A DNA stretch of 57,068 nucleotides, filler included, from Sphacelaria rigidula (taxonomy: Eukaryota), in assembly GCA_964200075.2 (NCBI GenBank). It is 4 parts of 4 records of this genome, joined end to end, with 100 filler letters (N's around TTAATTAATTAA, not from the genome) between each part and the next. Parts side by side here need not be neighbours in the genome. Positions count along the whole stretch, not along the records: positions 14,294 to 28,485 come from CAXNAA020002397.1; positions 28,586 to 42,777 come from CAXNAA020002398.1; 2 more parts are not named here. One strand, given 5' to 3'. Shown piece by piece: positions 23,350 through 35,639 of this stretch. Numbering within the stretch: the stretch's first letter is position 1; each line of letters begins with the position of its first letter. The notes beneath the pieces were generated by a model. It was given only the letters and a program-made list of their open reading frames with translations. It was not told the DNA's origin and did no database searches. Both the position numbers and the translations under genes were made by a program.

Positions 23350-24769
23350 TAAAAATGCTGTGAATCATCGTCTCGGCGCGTCATCATCTCTGCAGCCGCA
23401 CCCGTGGAGGTAGGTGTCGACGTACAGCACAAACATCCGACCATGTAGCCATTTTTGAGTGAAATCAACACATGACCTATACTCGTCCAGTGTGAACCAA
23501 TTGTTCGTTTTGTTGGGTGGACCTGGGTCCACAAAGAAAAATGACCGCAGGAACGAACAGTAACTTGACCGGGCATGAGGAGATGAACAGCTGCATTTTT
23601 GTTCGTTCGCACATTTGGAAAGTTTGATATAGGTCGATTTTGATGTTGTGGATCACATCACACGTGGAAGAAGTCCTGGTGTTGACCACATTCCGACCCC
23701 GTCATTCAAGAAGAACGGAGCGGGTTTCTCAATTCATCTTGTTTTTGTTTCGAAGTGAGGTACGCTAACTACATTTCACGCGGAGTGGTTGACGAATTCC
23801 CTCGTTACGTCGTCTGTCGTCCAATCCTGACGCCAACCCCAACCCCAATCCCAACACAAGGCATACCGAGAACTCTCGAGTGAGATGAGTAGATATAATA
23901 ATGTCCACAGATGATATAATATCGCGAATGTGCTGACACCCAAGACTGTCAGCACCCAAAATATCCTCATGTAGCTATCCACACTAGTAACAAATATATA
24001 TTCAAACCTACGTTTTGTTTTTTGTTGACCAGTTCTCCTGAGGTCGACCGGGAATTGCGGAAAAGTGACTGACAGATATTCACACATTGGAGCGCACACC
24101 ACATGAAATCCAGCGATTTCATTTTCCACTTGAAAACGAAAATGATAACTTGGATAACTTGGATAACCTGTACACCTTGTTCCGGTGTTCGATTAATCCT
24201 GTTTCACGAAGATTGGCTTCTCCAAAACAGTACTATTTTATCGACGAAATCACAAAAAGAGGTGGCGAGAATTCGACCGGTCTCGGCCGTGTTCTTTTTG
24301 AGGTAAAATCTATTTACTTTTGTTTGCATGAATCGGTACCCCCCGCGAATGATGAACGTATAGCTCAAGCCGTAGCTGATGAGTGGAGCACGTTTTTCCT
24401 TCCTTTTGACGAAATAATTCGAATTCGACGAGAAACAATAGTATCAACGACGCTTGATCTTTCTTCAAGCAGCATTATCTCGTATCATGGTGAGCGGCTC
24501 TAGCATGTGATGTTTTAACAGGGTGAAGAACTTGAAGATTCCGCGTCAACTCAAGCGGTATGGCGAAACTTCACTAGACGGGCTGGTGTGGAGCCATAGC
24601 ACCGCCCGTTTGTACCAAACACTGCAAATTCAGATATTAACTTGCATTTTTCACAACTCCCAAGCCTCAGACGGTGACCCCCCCGCAGGTGGACTGAGAT
24701 GGACTATGCTACATTTGCGGTCCAGAACAGCTCTTTTCCTGCTACACGAAATGCTTTTTCTCAAACTTA

Positions 24770-25249
24770 TGGATGTTTGGCATATACTCCTCTGTCCCAC
24801 ATGTAAAGGTCCTTGTGGTTGCACGGACCCTTGACGGTTTGATATTCGATTTTCGATTTTTTATTGCATTCGTCGGCGTTTTTTTAGCTGAAATCAACAT
24901 TCTTTCTTGAACCAGCTTTCTTTCTACAACGTGAGTGCTTGACCCATGCAGCCGCGCGGCCGAGAAGAAGTAGGCCAGTCCAAAAACGGCCATTTTTTGC
25001 TCGTTTTCCCAGGAAAGCATGAGAGACTGGGGAATACGAAAACTGCGAAAATGGGCAAGAAAATGTGAAAATCGCAAAACCACCATTGATTTTGGACATG
25101 TCCGTGAGCTTGACCTACGCACACCCCATTCAAGAAGTTGTTGGCATGTAATTGCTAGTGCTCGACGTGAAAACGTCCAAAATCAGTTAATAATGGGGTA
25201 TCAATGGATCAGAATGGGCAAAATGGGGGTATACTTCGACATGATTTTT
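24770..25249. repeat. Dispersed repeat shared with 11080-11560
   Basis: See the 11080 copy. Confidence 0.55.
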
Positions 25250-25607
25250 CAAGGTTGTGTTCTGTAAGGTACGGGTGACGTGCTGTAGGGTATGAGATTC
25301 CGTACAGAGTTAACAGAACTGTCGGGTACCTGTTTGGAAGTCTCGGAGTTTACAGAATTGTCGGGTACCGGTATCAAAGTCTTACAGAGTTTACAGAACT
25401 TGTCGGGTACGGCACGGGAGGCTTACAGAGAACTGGTACCGGCAGTCGGGTAAATCTTTTCGGGTATATGTATTGTACAGAACTTACAGAACTATCGGGT
25501 AAGGGTATGGGAGTCTTACAGAGATTACAGACCTGTCGGGTACGGTACATACCCGGAAAAATACCCCGGGTGTACGAGAAAACCGTACGTTACAGAACAC
25601 AACCTTG
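25250..25607. mobile_element. TIR element filled with TTACAGAAC..TCGGGTAC sub-repeats (copy 1)
   Basis: TIRs CAAGGTTGTGTTCTGTAAGGTACGG / CCGTACGTTACAGAACACAACCTTG. Confidence 0.8.
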
Positions 25608-25687
25608 GATCTTTTGGTTGGGGTGCTGAAATTAATGAGGTGGCGGGGTGTGGTGGTAGGAGCTGGGAGGTACATGTGCAGGCCATT

Positions 25688-26325
25688 AGGTTCTGTTTCG
25701 ATTGAACCTATATCCATACTTCCAGGGGGTATATATCTGTGCTCGTACCTGCAACGGGGTACATCTGCAAGGGTATACCCTAACCCCGGGTAAGGGTACA
25801 GGAAGCTTACCGAGCTTACAGAATTATCGGGTACCTGTTTGGAAGTCTCAGAGTTTACAGAACTGTCGGGTACAGGTATCAAAGTCTCACAGACTTTACA
25901 GAACTTGTCGGGTACGGTATGGGAGGCTCACAGAGAACCGGTACCGGCAGTCGGGTAACTCTTTTGGGGTATACCCGCCCCTCGGGTACGGGTAAATCTT
26001 ACATGTAGAACTTGCAGAACTGTCGGGTACCCGTATGAAAGTGTTAAAGACTTTACAGAACAAGTCGGGTACGGTATGGGAGGCTTACAGAAAACCGGTA
26101 CCGGCAATCGGGTAACTCTTTTCGGGTATACCCGCCCCTCGGGTTTATGTATTGTACTGAACTTACGGAACTATCGGGTGATGGTATGGAAGTCTTGACA
26201 GATTACAGAACTGCTGGGTACCGGTATGAAAATCTTACAAAAGTCACAGGACTGTCGGGTACGGTACATACCCGGAAAAATACCCCGGGTATACAGAAAA
26301 CCGTACGTTACAGAACACAACCTTG
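25688..26325. mobile_element. TIR element with expanded internal minisatellite (copy 2)
   Basis: Same right TIR at 26301-26325. Many ~40-bp TTACAGAAC(T)GTCGGGTAC units. Left end degenerate. Confidence 0.75.
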
Positions 26326-27279
26326 TAATTTTTTGTGATGAAAACATTTTTTTTTTCATTAGCTCCGTCTGCGCTTCACCTCTCTAACGAATTCAACCAT
26401 AGGATGATCCACAACGTTGAAATACCCGAACGATTAAACGCCCATGAGGACCTTTACTTTGGGACAAGGGAAGTGTACAGAAAGCATTTCGGGAGAACCC
26501 CTCACGTGTTTCGACCCTGCAGCTGATTGCGTGTATAGCCAGTATGTGTGCTAGATGTCTTTGCTGGATACAACGGTGAGAAACAGTCAGCGTGCCATCA
26601 CTCTCCATCGTACACAACCGACTACTACCTGCTGCATGCTTCTGATGTCCCTGCTTAGTATTCAACACTGCAGACAATATGAAGCCAAACTAGGAACACT
26701 GAAGGGTCAGGCAGACGGCATGGACCACGGACAGAAGGGTTAAAAGCACCTTGTTATTGCCCATGTCTTCATCTATGGCTGAATTGGCATTACACTACCA
26801 AAGTGAAAATTATGGCTAGACAGCGAAGGAGTCCAGCTGTAGGACCATTTTGACAGCGGAATGATGACGTCGCTCCTCTTGGGCCTCGTTTCTGCCGTGG
26901 AATTTTCCGTGCGAAACTTCCGCACACGCATGGTTGATCTGGTGAGCTTTTCTATTGATTTTCAAACAGGCCCCGCCCCCTGTCGAAACCAACCCCTCCG
27001 ACCTCTGGAAACCCCGACATTTCCCTGGACTGTGAGCTGGTGAAATTGTTTCGAGGCGACGCTCGCTGTCTAGGGTCAAGACCGTTTTTCATTGTAGTCA
27101 CCATTCTCCATATGTACGCAGATCGGGGGAACTCTAGTCGAGAAGCGCCCATTATGGCCCCCAATTTGGGCCAAATGGGGGAAGCTCGAATCGGGATGTT
27201 ATGATTTGAGAATGTCCTCCCCCGAATCGGACGGAGCCCAGATGAGGATAAATCGAGAGTCCCCCAGTCTGTAGGAACG

Positions 27280-27485
27280 TGACGTGCGTACTATGACGTA
27301 CGATGATGGGGCAACAGGCGTTTGATATTTTTGCAACCGTAGCAGCAGACAGTCTCGTGGCAGCACAGGCCGTGCCTCGGACGGGGTTTGACAAGCGGAT
27401 GAGGAGTGTTGACGCGTACCCTGCGGCGATGGTATAATATGTTCTGCTGCACTGCGCTGCCGTATGCAGAATCATAACGAACGAT
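27280..27485 (+). repeat. Dispersed repeat (see 14360-14580)
   Basis: Colinear similarity to the reverse complement of 14360-14580. Confidence 0.7.
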
Positions 27486-28485
27486 ACCTCACGATCCTAC
27501 TGAGTTGTCGCTGTATCTGCGGGGTGATGTACGGCAGTTCACTACTGAACTATTCTCACGATACCGATTGTACCCATATATTCCCGCACGGCATTATCGT
27601 GTACAGTGAGGGTTACGGTTTATGAGAGGGGTATAGCAGATCCAGAAAAGCTCTCTTAGAGACGACCTTCTACTCAATCGGTTTGTCGGTTTGAGAGAAA
27701 ACCTCTCTCAGGCCGAATACATGGGGTTATTGACAGTCTTTGAAGGGCCGCTTAATTGTGCCGTGGTGCCGAATCAAAGTGTAAAATTGAGCGTATCATA
27801 TTGTTTACACGATATTATTGTCCAGTACGATCCCCCCTTGTTGTGAAGAAATCGATATATTCCGCGGTATCGAAGCTATCCCCACATCACCCGAACAGAG
27901 CGGCCAACCCAAGCCATGCGCGCCACACACACGTCACATCTCGGAAGCAAAAAACAAAAAAAAGGAAAGAGACAGAAAACCACGCATACTGCACTGTACT
28001 GTACTGTGTAGTGCTGTACAAGTGACTTATCTCACCACTAGTGAAACTCAAGTACCTACACTCGTCCTACCCAGCAATAGACATATGACATATGCGCTGA
28101 TGGGTAGCTTCTGCAACGCTACATGAAGTCTGCCATGAATGTTTGCTTTGTTTTTGTTGACCCAAACTCGTTCATCCAGGCCAGCTTGGCCTTACGAAGA
28201 TCGTATGGCACGTCCGCCATGTTACATCTCTTTGCTCCCTGATGTAATTCTGCTGTAGAAACACTGCAATACCCGCCGCGCAAGGCATCGTGCTCGCAGC
28301 CAGTGGAGCTTCAAGCTGTTTGTGTATTGCAACTGCTGGACGTACTGAGATGTTGTTTTTCGGGCTACACTACTGTACGGTGAAGGAGCGCAGGGGAGGG
28401 GGGGAGTGGATCTGTGCTGTGTGTGTTGTCGTCCCATTTATTCCGGGCACCAGTCTACACCTTTCGGTATATGTGGGCGCATCAG

Positions 28486-28585
28486 NNNNNNNNNNNNNNN
28501 NNNNNNNNNNNNNNNNNNNNNNNNNNNNNTTAATTAATTAANNNNNNNNNNNNNNNNNNNNNNNNNNNNNNNNNNNNNNNNNNNN
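28486..28585. other. Artificial contig spacer
   Basis: N44-TTAATTAATTAA-N44. Confidence 0.99.
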
Positions 28586-28826
28586 TGAAGCAACTCATTG
28601 GAGGCTGCTCATCCATATGCAAAATAGTCAGTACGCTTCGGGCCGAACAATCTTAGCAGGATGCAGCTCACCCTTCATGCGACTCGCCGAGCACATTACG
28701 GCTCTTCGCGCTTGGTGATTGGTTGCTAGCCTGGTGTAGGGAAAACCCGGCGTGGGCCGTCCTGGCTTTGTAGGGATTGGAGGTCGATGGTCATATGACT
28801 ACGGCATGCGAGATCATGAGTACACT
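28586..28826 (+). mobile_element. Retroelement family A (copy 2, cut by contig start)
   Basis: TGAAGCAACTCATTGGAGGCTG...GATCATGAGTACACT followed by C6. Confidence 0.85.
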
Positions 28827-29000
28827 CCCCCCGGTAAATGTGTTCCCTCTTGAGTTGCTACAATACGGTAATAACTGAATAATTCTTTCGAGTAAAGGCG
28901 ACTCGTGATACGCTTATGCCCCAAGGTTCGCCTTACGTTGCCTACACAACATGGTTCTTGTTCCTGTGCTGGTAACAGGGCCTTGACGCGGTCCGTGCAG

Positions 29001-31583
29001 GGAGAAGGTCTGGCAGAATACAGCATTCGCGCCTACAACGTATACCGTGCGCACGGTGTGATCCTGGATGGTGAAGTCGACAACGCACTTTATAATTGTT
29101 CCGTGCAACCAGGTGGCTCTCAGGATATAGATCTCGCCATGTCCGCACCTCCGGTATCTGCAACTGCTGGAGCACAAAGTCCCGCAATGGTAGAGGGCAC
29201 TCCAACACGGTCGACGCACGGCCGATACGATGAACCAAAAGGTTACCCACGACGGGCGAATGGCTATCTCGGCGGTGTATCGAGTGATCCTGTTCGTCCG
29301 TTTTCTCCTCCTTCTCCTCGAGCAAACGACGGAACTTACGAGAAACCCATAGCTGCAGGTCCCGAGTTGACCCTGAACACACAACGAAATCAGCTAGGAT
29401 GCCCGGTACCATTGAAACCCGAAGAAGATCTCACAGTGTGCGATTTGTCAGAAGGCGACAGAAGTCCCCCTGGCGTTGCGAACGCGTTGCGGCCACCCTT
29501 GTTTCGATCTAGAATTCAAGCCCCGCGATCTGGTCGGGCGATAGCGATGGCGACATCGGCAGCACGACGAGACAAAGTGGCAGAAAAGCGAAGCGATCCA
29601 TCTCAACGATGCGAGCTTCAAGGGCACCATGCGACAAATAAAAGTGAGAAGAGGAAAGTGACTCTCCGTGTGGGGCAACATACGTCGAGCACGAACAATA
29701 ATGAGCAGCACATGGAATCATCGCAGATTCGAGTGGACTCGTCAGGCACCGCGTTGCCCCCGCCTCCACCACCGACTGTCAACGCCGTTGGACACGACCG
29801 CAACAACGAGCACTGCCGCGATGCGGAGAGGGATCACCGTGATAGGAATCGGCGGCAGCTCGTGGAGGCATGGCAAGGAGAAGAATCTGACTCCAACAGT
29901 ATTGATCGTGCGGAAGACGTCCATATCCCAAGATCTCTTGCAGCAGCTTCGGAGCTGATTCCTGGAGATTATAGTAAACCTGTCGGAATGAGCCAGGGAA
30001 GTGCAGAGAGTAATGGAACAAGTTCTGCGGCTTACGCTTGCCGGGCGACTTGCTCTAACGTTATCGATGATGGATATTCGCAGAGGTTCGCGTCGGGTGG
30101 CAGCGATCACGAACCAGTATTGCTGACGACCCCGTGCATTGAAAAGAGCCGCAAATTTGGACCAGGAGAGGCCGATAAAGACAATTATTGGGAAATAGAC
30201 GATTCGCGGTTGGTAGAGCAAGCAAAGCAAGGGTGTGCCGCGACGAAGAACATGCCGCAAGCTGTCCCACGTCCGGACGGTTCGTCCCACCTCAACAGCG
30301 CGGTCTCACCTGTTTCCCATACTCGGCGATCAGGGCTGGACGCCAATCCGGCATCGGGCGCAGAGGGTGACAATCTGTGTAACGGCGAAAGCAACACTAT
30401 TTCAAGAAAGCAAGAGTCTCTCTACACAAAAGAATGCGCGGAAACCGCGAAAGACAATGAAGACCCGTCAACAACGGATTCAGCGATGAACAGGCGGGTG
30501 CAAGGCAGGCTGTCTAGTGCCACGGAGAAGCAGCATCATGACGGCGAGGGTTTTGTGTGGTTCGGGCAGCCGGATACACCAGGGATGCAGTCTGACGAGG
30601 AAAGAGGGGGCATGGTGGGGCGACATGCACAGCGGAACGAGCAATTAGCCATTCGAGAACCAGTCACTGCAAAAGTGTCGCCATTGCACACTGTTAGTTC
30701 CCCTTTGCGGACACACCAGGCCGAGGCGAAGATTCTTCTCCAGATGGAAGTTCGGCGGCAGAGAGACATAATCGACCGCGCTTCCCGGGCTCGAGAAGAG
30801 GAAGGGAGAGCCAGACGGGCGCGAGTCGGGGCCGAGGTCTTCAAGATAATGAAGATGTCGCGATTTGCCGGCAGAGAAGATGGGCGAGCCAATGTTGCGC
30901 ACGGACAGGCTCAGCTCGACTCTCCACCGAAAAGTCCACAGGAGAACCAATCGAAGCGAGGACGTGGAAATGCGGGACTTGAGGGTGTGTGTTCATTGAA
31001 TCATGCGAAACCGGAGGTTAACGGGCGTTGTCCTCAAGCATCCGAGGAAGCTCCTGATGAGACGAGGAGAAATGGGCCTTTCGGGAGTAAAACGGACACT
31101 GCTGACCAGGTTGCACCGTCTGAACGGGGAGGAGCAATGGTTGCAAGGTCAGGAGGAAACGAAATGATGGTATCACACCTGGTTACCTTACAAAAGGTAC
31201 GGACAAGGGCGCCAGCGGCATCGTCTTCGCCATATGGCGGTACCGCTACACGGAATGGCGTTGTTCAAGAGCTAGAAAAGTCAATGCAAAGTTCACCCCA
31301 ACAAGAGAGTGATAGCGGGCTCATTCAAAACCTGAAAACGGAAGAGGGCTTACCACTCAAAGCATCCGAGAACTCGTGGCGAAAAATTGGTACGGTATAT
31401 GGAAGTGGGTCACCTCTAACTGTTAGGGCACCGACCCCTCCTGCGATAAGCTTCGATGTCGCAGCGGATGAGTTGAAAGGTGGTCGGGGAGGAGGGTTGG
31501 CGGAGGACAGGGATCAAGCCCGACGGCGGGAGCGTTTCGAAGCACTTCGAAATAGGAAGCTTCTGGAGGCAGAGTTATGCAGA
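29001..31583 (+). CDS. CKK-domain (CAMSAP/Patronin-like) protein, giant exon (disordered region plus start of coiled coil)
   Basis: Lies within the 914-codon ORF 28905-31649. Acceptor GTGCAG at 29000 (5' boundary less certain). Donor AGA|GTACGT is in phase 0 with the next exon. Confidence 0.8.
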
Positions 31584-31846
31584 GTACGTACATATTTTTG
31601 TTCCAAACACCTACGGTCTAACTTTAGCAACGTGGGCTGTATTTCCTGACTGGTATAGTAATGGCACGACCGTTACACTGGCGCAATACTTACTCTGTGG
31701 AGGTGGAATCATCTTGTGGTCTCACCATGCCTTGACCCCACTAACACCGCCTGTGAGTACCCTTGCTGTAGTTGTTTTGGCCAGTACACCTACAAGTATT
31801 CCGCTCGTCACGCCCCCTCACGCGTCCATGCGTCGCTGCGGTACAG

Positions 31847-32326
31847 GAGAGGCGACAGGCGCAGAGAGCACGCCAAGGCACAGCAAGGCAAGCACTTGCA
31901 CACGCTGTAGCCTCCGCCGTCATTCCCGATACCGACAGGCGGGTGCACCCCACAACAGCAGCAGACGAGCCCTGCAATGCGTCTGCTTTACATCCGCAAG
32001 ATCGTGTCGAGGGCAGCTCGATGCGTGGTGAGAGTATTCAACAAGGGGTTCCAACGGGCAACCCACGCCCACCGGCCTGTCCTCCTCTCTGCTCTCGCGG
32101 GAACGCTTCCCCATCTGACGGTGTGGGGGGGGCATCTGACGGTATAGGGGGGGAAGGAGGCCGGGTGGGAGGAGATAGGGTAGTAACACCGGGTAGTGGG
32201 AAGCGAAATTCGGCGGTGGTTCGCGGATTCTCGCGTCGGTCCAACAGAAAGCTGGTTCGGAACGCCATCAATTTTCTTTGCTTGGCGGGAGGGCATCTGA
32301 AGGAGCAGAAAGCGCGCGTTCTGGAG
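31847..32326 (+). CDS. CKK-domain protein, exon containing the CKK N-terminal part
   Basis: TACAG|ERRQAQR...RRSNRKLVRNAINFLCLAGGHLKEQKARVLE|GTGGGT matches the CKK motif SNKxIIxNALxxCCLAG..K..LE. Confidence 0.88.
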
Positions 32327-32860
32327 GTGGGTGCTGTGACATTTTTCATCATGCTCACGATCGCTTTGTTGTGTGAATAAATGCGTTTTGACGACTTGTA
32401 ATACACCTGTGTTCTAACTAGGCAACATCCGGGTTCCCCGGTCAGTCGGTCGTAGAGATGGTTCACGCTTCGATGGTGAGTGATGACAGCCCTCGGAGAC
32501 CTTTCAGGTTGAAAACTGGTGCAACCGTCGATGGTGGGTGATGGTTAATATAAGTCGCTGAATACATTCTTTTGCGGATCGAAAGTTAAAGCACCTGCCA
32601 GTTGACGTCCGAAAATAAGAAGCCGATTCTTCCCAAAAACATACAATTCGCCAAATGGCGACAGCACTCGACCCGTACCCAATCCTATTGCCGCAACAAG
32701 TAACGATGCACTGGACGTTAGCTAGAATGGTCTTCCGAATAATATTTTATGGTGGCAAGATGCGCACCAATATAGAATATAATGTAATATTTTCAGCCGC
32801 ACCTATTTTTATTCCGGTATACATCAAGGTTTTTTTATCCCTGTGCAACGGCGGTTTTAG

Positions 32861-33013
32861 GCTCTAGATTCGAACCCGGCGTCGAATTTCGTGTTGCTGC
32901 TGGCACACACCAAGCTGCTGACTTTCAAGGGGCTTTACTCTTGTGATGACGGGGACCATGCAGCGGCGGAACGGGTATTCGGACTTGGTCCCCTTCACCT
33001 CGATGCTTCTACG
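32861..33013 (+). CDS. CKK-domain protein, next exon (CKK core); last exon not located
   Basis: TTTTAG|ALDSNPASNFVLLLAHTKLLTFKGLYSCDDGDHAAAERVFGLGPLHLDAST|GTGAG matches the CKK NFLIL..F.xLY..G.GP pattern. Confidence 0.88.
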
Positions 33014-33899
33014 GTGAGAATTGTGTGAGAATTTCAAGAAGTCATGGCAATCCGATGTCGCTGGCATCCATCACTGATTCGTTACCACGTATACGCATCG
33101 TGTCGGAATCTTCTGTCGACCTACCCCGTGAGGTTGGGGGTTGTCTCGCAGCTCTATTTTCTCATGGTAGCCCAGTCACGGCTATGTGCGTAAGGTATTG
33201 CGTGGCCATTGTGTCGCCGTACGCGACTCGGTATTTTGTCAAGTACCGATCTTTGCTCGCTATACTCGCAGTACGCTCCACCGTTACCGTACTGCACAGC
33301 CCAGAGATGTACGACTATATACGTCTGCATCCTCGTCGTATGCAGTGTTGGGGTCGCCCTTCGAACGGTCAATATTCGTGTTGCTACGCTACTGTACTGT
33401 AGCCGCCTGTGCTCGCTAGTCTCACCGCACGTGTCATACGTCCATGCCTGTTACCGCGTAGTGCACGTACCACCGCCACACCCGGGCCCCACATCCCGCA
33501 CACTTGACCCTCTCGCCACAGAAATGCTCCTGACACGACACGCCTGCAAACACAACAGCGCAATCCTCCACACGTCGTCACCCCCCTCACACACACACTC
33601 CGCTCCCACAAACGCGATAAACTGATGCTGCATGCGACAAGCAACTCTGGTGGAGGGTAGGTGTCTTCCGTCCAACACCCCATGGGTAAAGTCGGCTATA
33701 CGGTGCAGATCATACACCCCCAACGGAGGTACCTACGATGCTATGGTTAGGTTCTTTGAAAATATCAACTTATCGAGATGCTCCGAAGGGGAAAAAAAGT
33801 CGAAGTCACAGTCATTGAGAAGTTTTAGAAAGGCATTGCTCATGTTTTGGAATTATTTTTGGACTTCACTGGAATTTTATTGTCAGATTTTCCCCCAGA

Positions 33900-35150
33900 A
33901 GTGTCTGCCTTTTTATCTTTTTTCAGTTCCGATGGTATTCGCTCACTACCTACCACGAACACGATGGATTCTTCCATGCACATCCCCTCACGTAGTAAAC
34001 GGGACGCCGAAGTATCATTGGGGCGTCGCTACGCCGCAGTGGTAAAGATAGCGCTGGTTATTCCGCCAGACAACTCAAGGGTGCCGAAGGGCATTCTAGG
34101 TTCACTCACTGAGCGCTACGGTGTTGGCATCGAGTACCCGACCCTGCGATGGAAAAACTGCAAATCTCAGATAGACGACACCGAGGAGCTCTACCCCTCG
34201 GACAAATGTCGGAGTGGGCCGCCGTTGCTTCTCACTTCAACAAAGGCTGCGGCGCTGCGGATGGTTAACAAGCAAAATCGGCCATTTATGCTCTGGCCAG
34301 TGTCCGATAAGCTGAAGAACATCGGGCTGAAATACGACCCGGAGACTGTGAGGTCGTGGTTTAAGAAAGAGGGGGGAAGGTGGCTCGCCGAATCAAGCTG
34401 CCTTTTCCGAGGGTCAGAACAGCTACCGGGCCACCTTTGTCTGCGATCAGATAGACGAGACAGCCGGTAACTTCCTTGACCAAGGGGACGCCATCCATCC
34501 GGAAGAAATTTGTTTTTTTCTTCTGAGGAATAGGGAGAAGGTTCGAATCTTCCCGAGTGAAGCAATGCCCGAGTCTCCCCGCGTACATGACTCGAACCAC
34601 GTTCCGAAGATCACAGTGATCATGGCAAACGCTCAGCCGGACTCGAGCCATGATTTCGACGGAAAGATCAGCATCTGGAGCACTTGCGTCCTGAAAATGG
34701 CGGAGCAATCATCCAAGAGCAGGGATGAGGGGAGAAGACTGCGAAACACCATCGACGTGGACTGGCACAAGACGTGGTACCTCGACAAACTTCTTCCTGT
34801 AGTCAAGCTCGAGGTGCCGTGGAAACGTCCGAAGCGAGTAGCAGTGCAGCAGGACGGCGCGAGCCCCCACAGGGGGACCCCCCCCCACCCGAAATTCTCA
34901 ACTCTGCAGGGATGGGGCGGGGTTGGGAGACAGAGATTATGACGTAGTCTTCTCAGTCGCCTCATCTGAGTATCTCCCAAGTCAAAGGTATGGGGATGAA
35001 CGCTAATTTAGTAGATGAGTTAGTGAAGGCTGTCTGCAAGCAGTACGAGGAGTACGACAGAAACACGTTAGAAAGGGTATCTCAAAAGCCTCTTTCAGGT
35101 TTACAACCAAACTCTCCGTGAATTAGGTGATGGGCAACTCTAGTGTGGAG
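33900..35150 (+). pseudogene. Tc1/mariner (DD39D-like) transposase remnant
   Basis: Frameshifted PKITVIMANAQP..FDGKISIW..AEQSSK.R..DKLLPVVK..W...VAVQQDGASPH resembles the KVMFL.AVARP..FDGKIGIW..QQDNARPH motifs. Confidence 0.8.
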
Positions 35151-35318
35151 CATACCAGGGTTGCGCCCCGGTAGAGGGCGAGGATGATGGAAAGGGGGGT
35201 AAAACGCGATGGTGGGGCCTTCACTAGGGCCAAGGATAGGACTACGTGCCATCAAATTCCAGTAACGGTGAGGACGTCTAACGTTTGTTTTTGACGTTTT
35301 CAATCTCCCCCTCTCCGG

Positions 35319-35550
35319 TATGAATTGATACATGAGACAGTGGCGACACATCGATCGCTATACTAGGTAGGAGATAGACGGTTCCACAGACGGTGAAATA
35401 GGAAGGGAAGGAGAAACGTAAAAGGTTTTTGTGTATCATGTGGAAGAAAAGTAGTGAGCGCCCGAATATTGGAGGAGTAGGAACGGTGCTCCGTCTCGAA
35501 AGAGGTGCGTGGTCAACGATCATATGACGAAGGCAAGCACAAATGAGTAG
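35319..35550 (+). mobile_element. 5'-truncated LINE (family B) 3' end
   Basis: Similar to 47745-47998. Flanked by CTCCCCCTCTCCGG (35305) and CTCCCTCCGG (35551), which look like a TSD. Confidence 0.75.
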
Positions 35551-35639
35551 CTCCCTCCGGAAATAGGGGCGAGGAACGACCATTTTCGGGCCGACTGATT
35601 GCTTTTCGACCGTGCACCAGCGTAGAGGCTTTCCTTTAT

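Noticed and set aside
25250-26325. CRISPR-like repeat array
   Set aside because: The units are degenerate, the intervening sequences are themselves repeated, the array is bounded by TIRs, no cas genes are present, and the context is eukaryotic.
26674-26740. Candidate next myosin exon (QYEAKLGTLKG..)
   Set aside because: It is phase-compatible but shows no resemblance to the expected QSILVSGESGAGKT segment.
28905-31649. 914-aa ORF as a complete single-exon gene, and its overlapping antisense ORFs
   Set aside because: Splice sites trim it to 29001-31583 and join it in frame to the CKK exons. The antisense ORFs are shadows.
32863-32880. B-box-like GGGTTCGAATC on the minus strand
   Set aside because: It lies inside a CKK coding exon and is coincidental.
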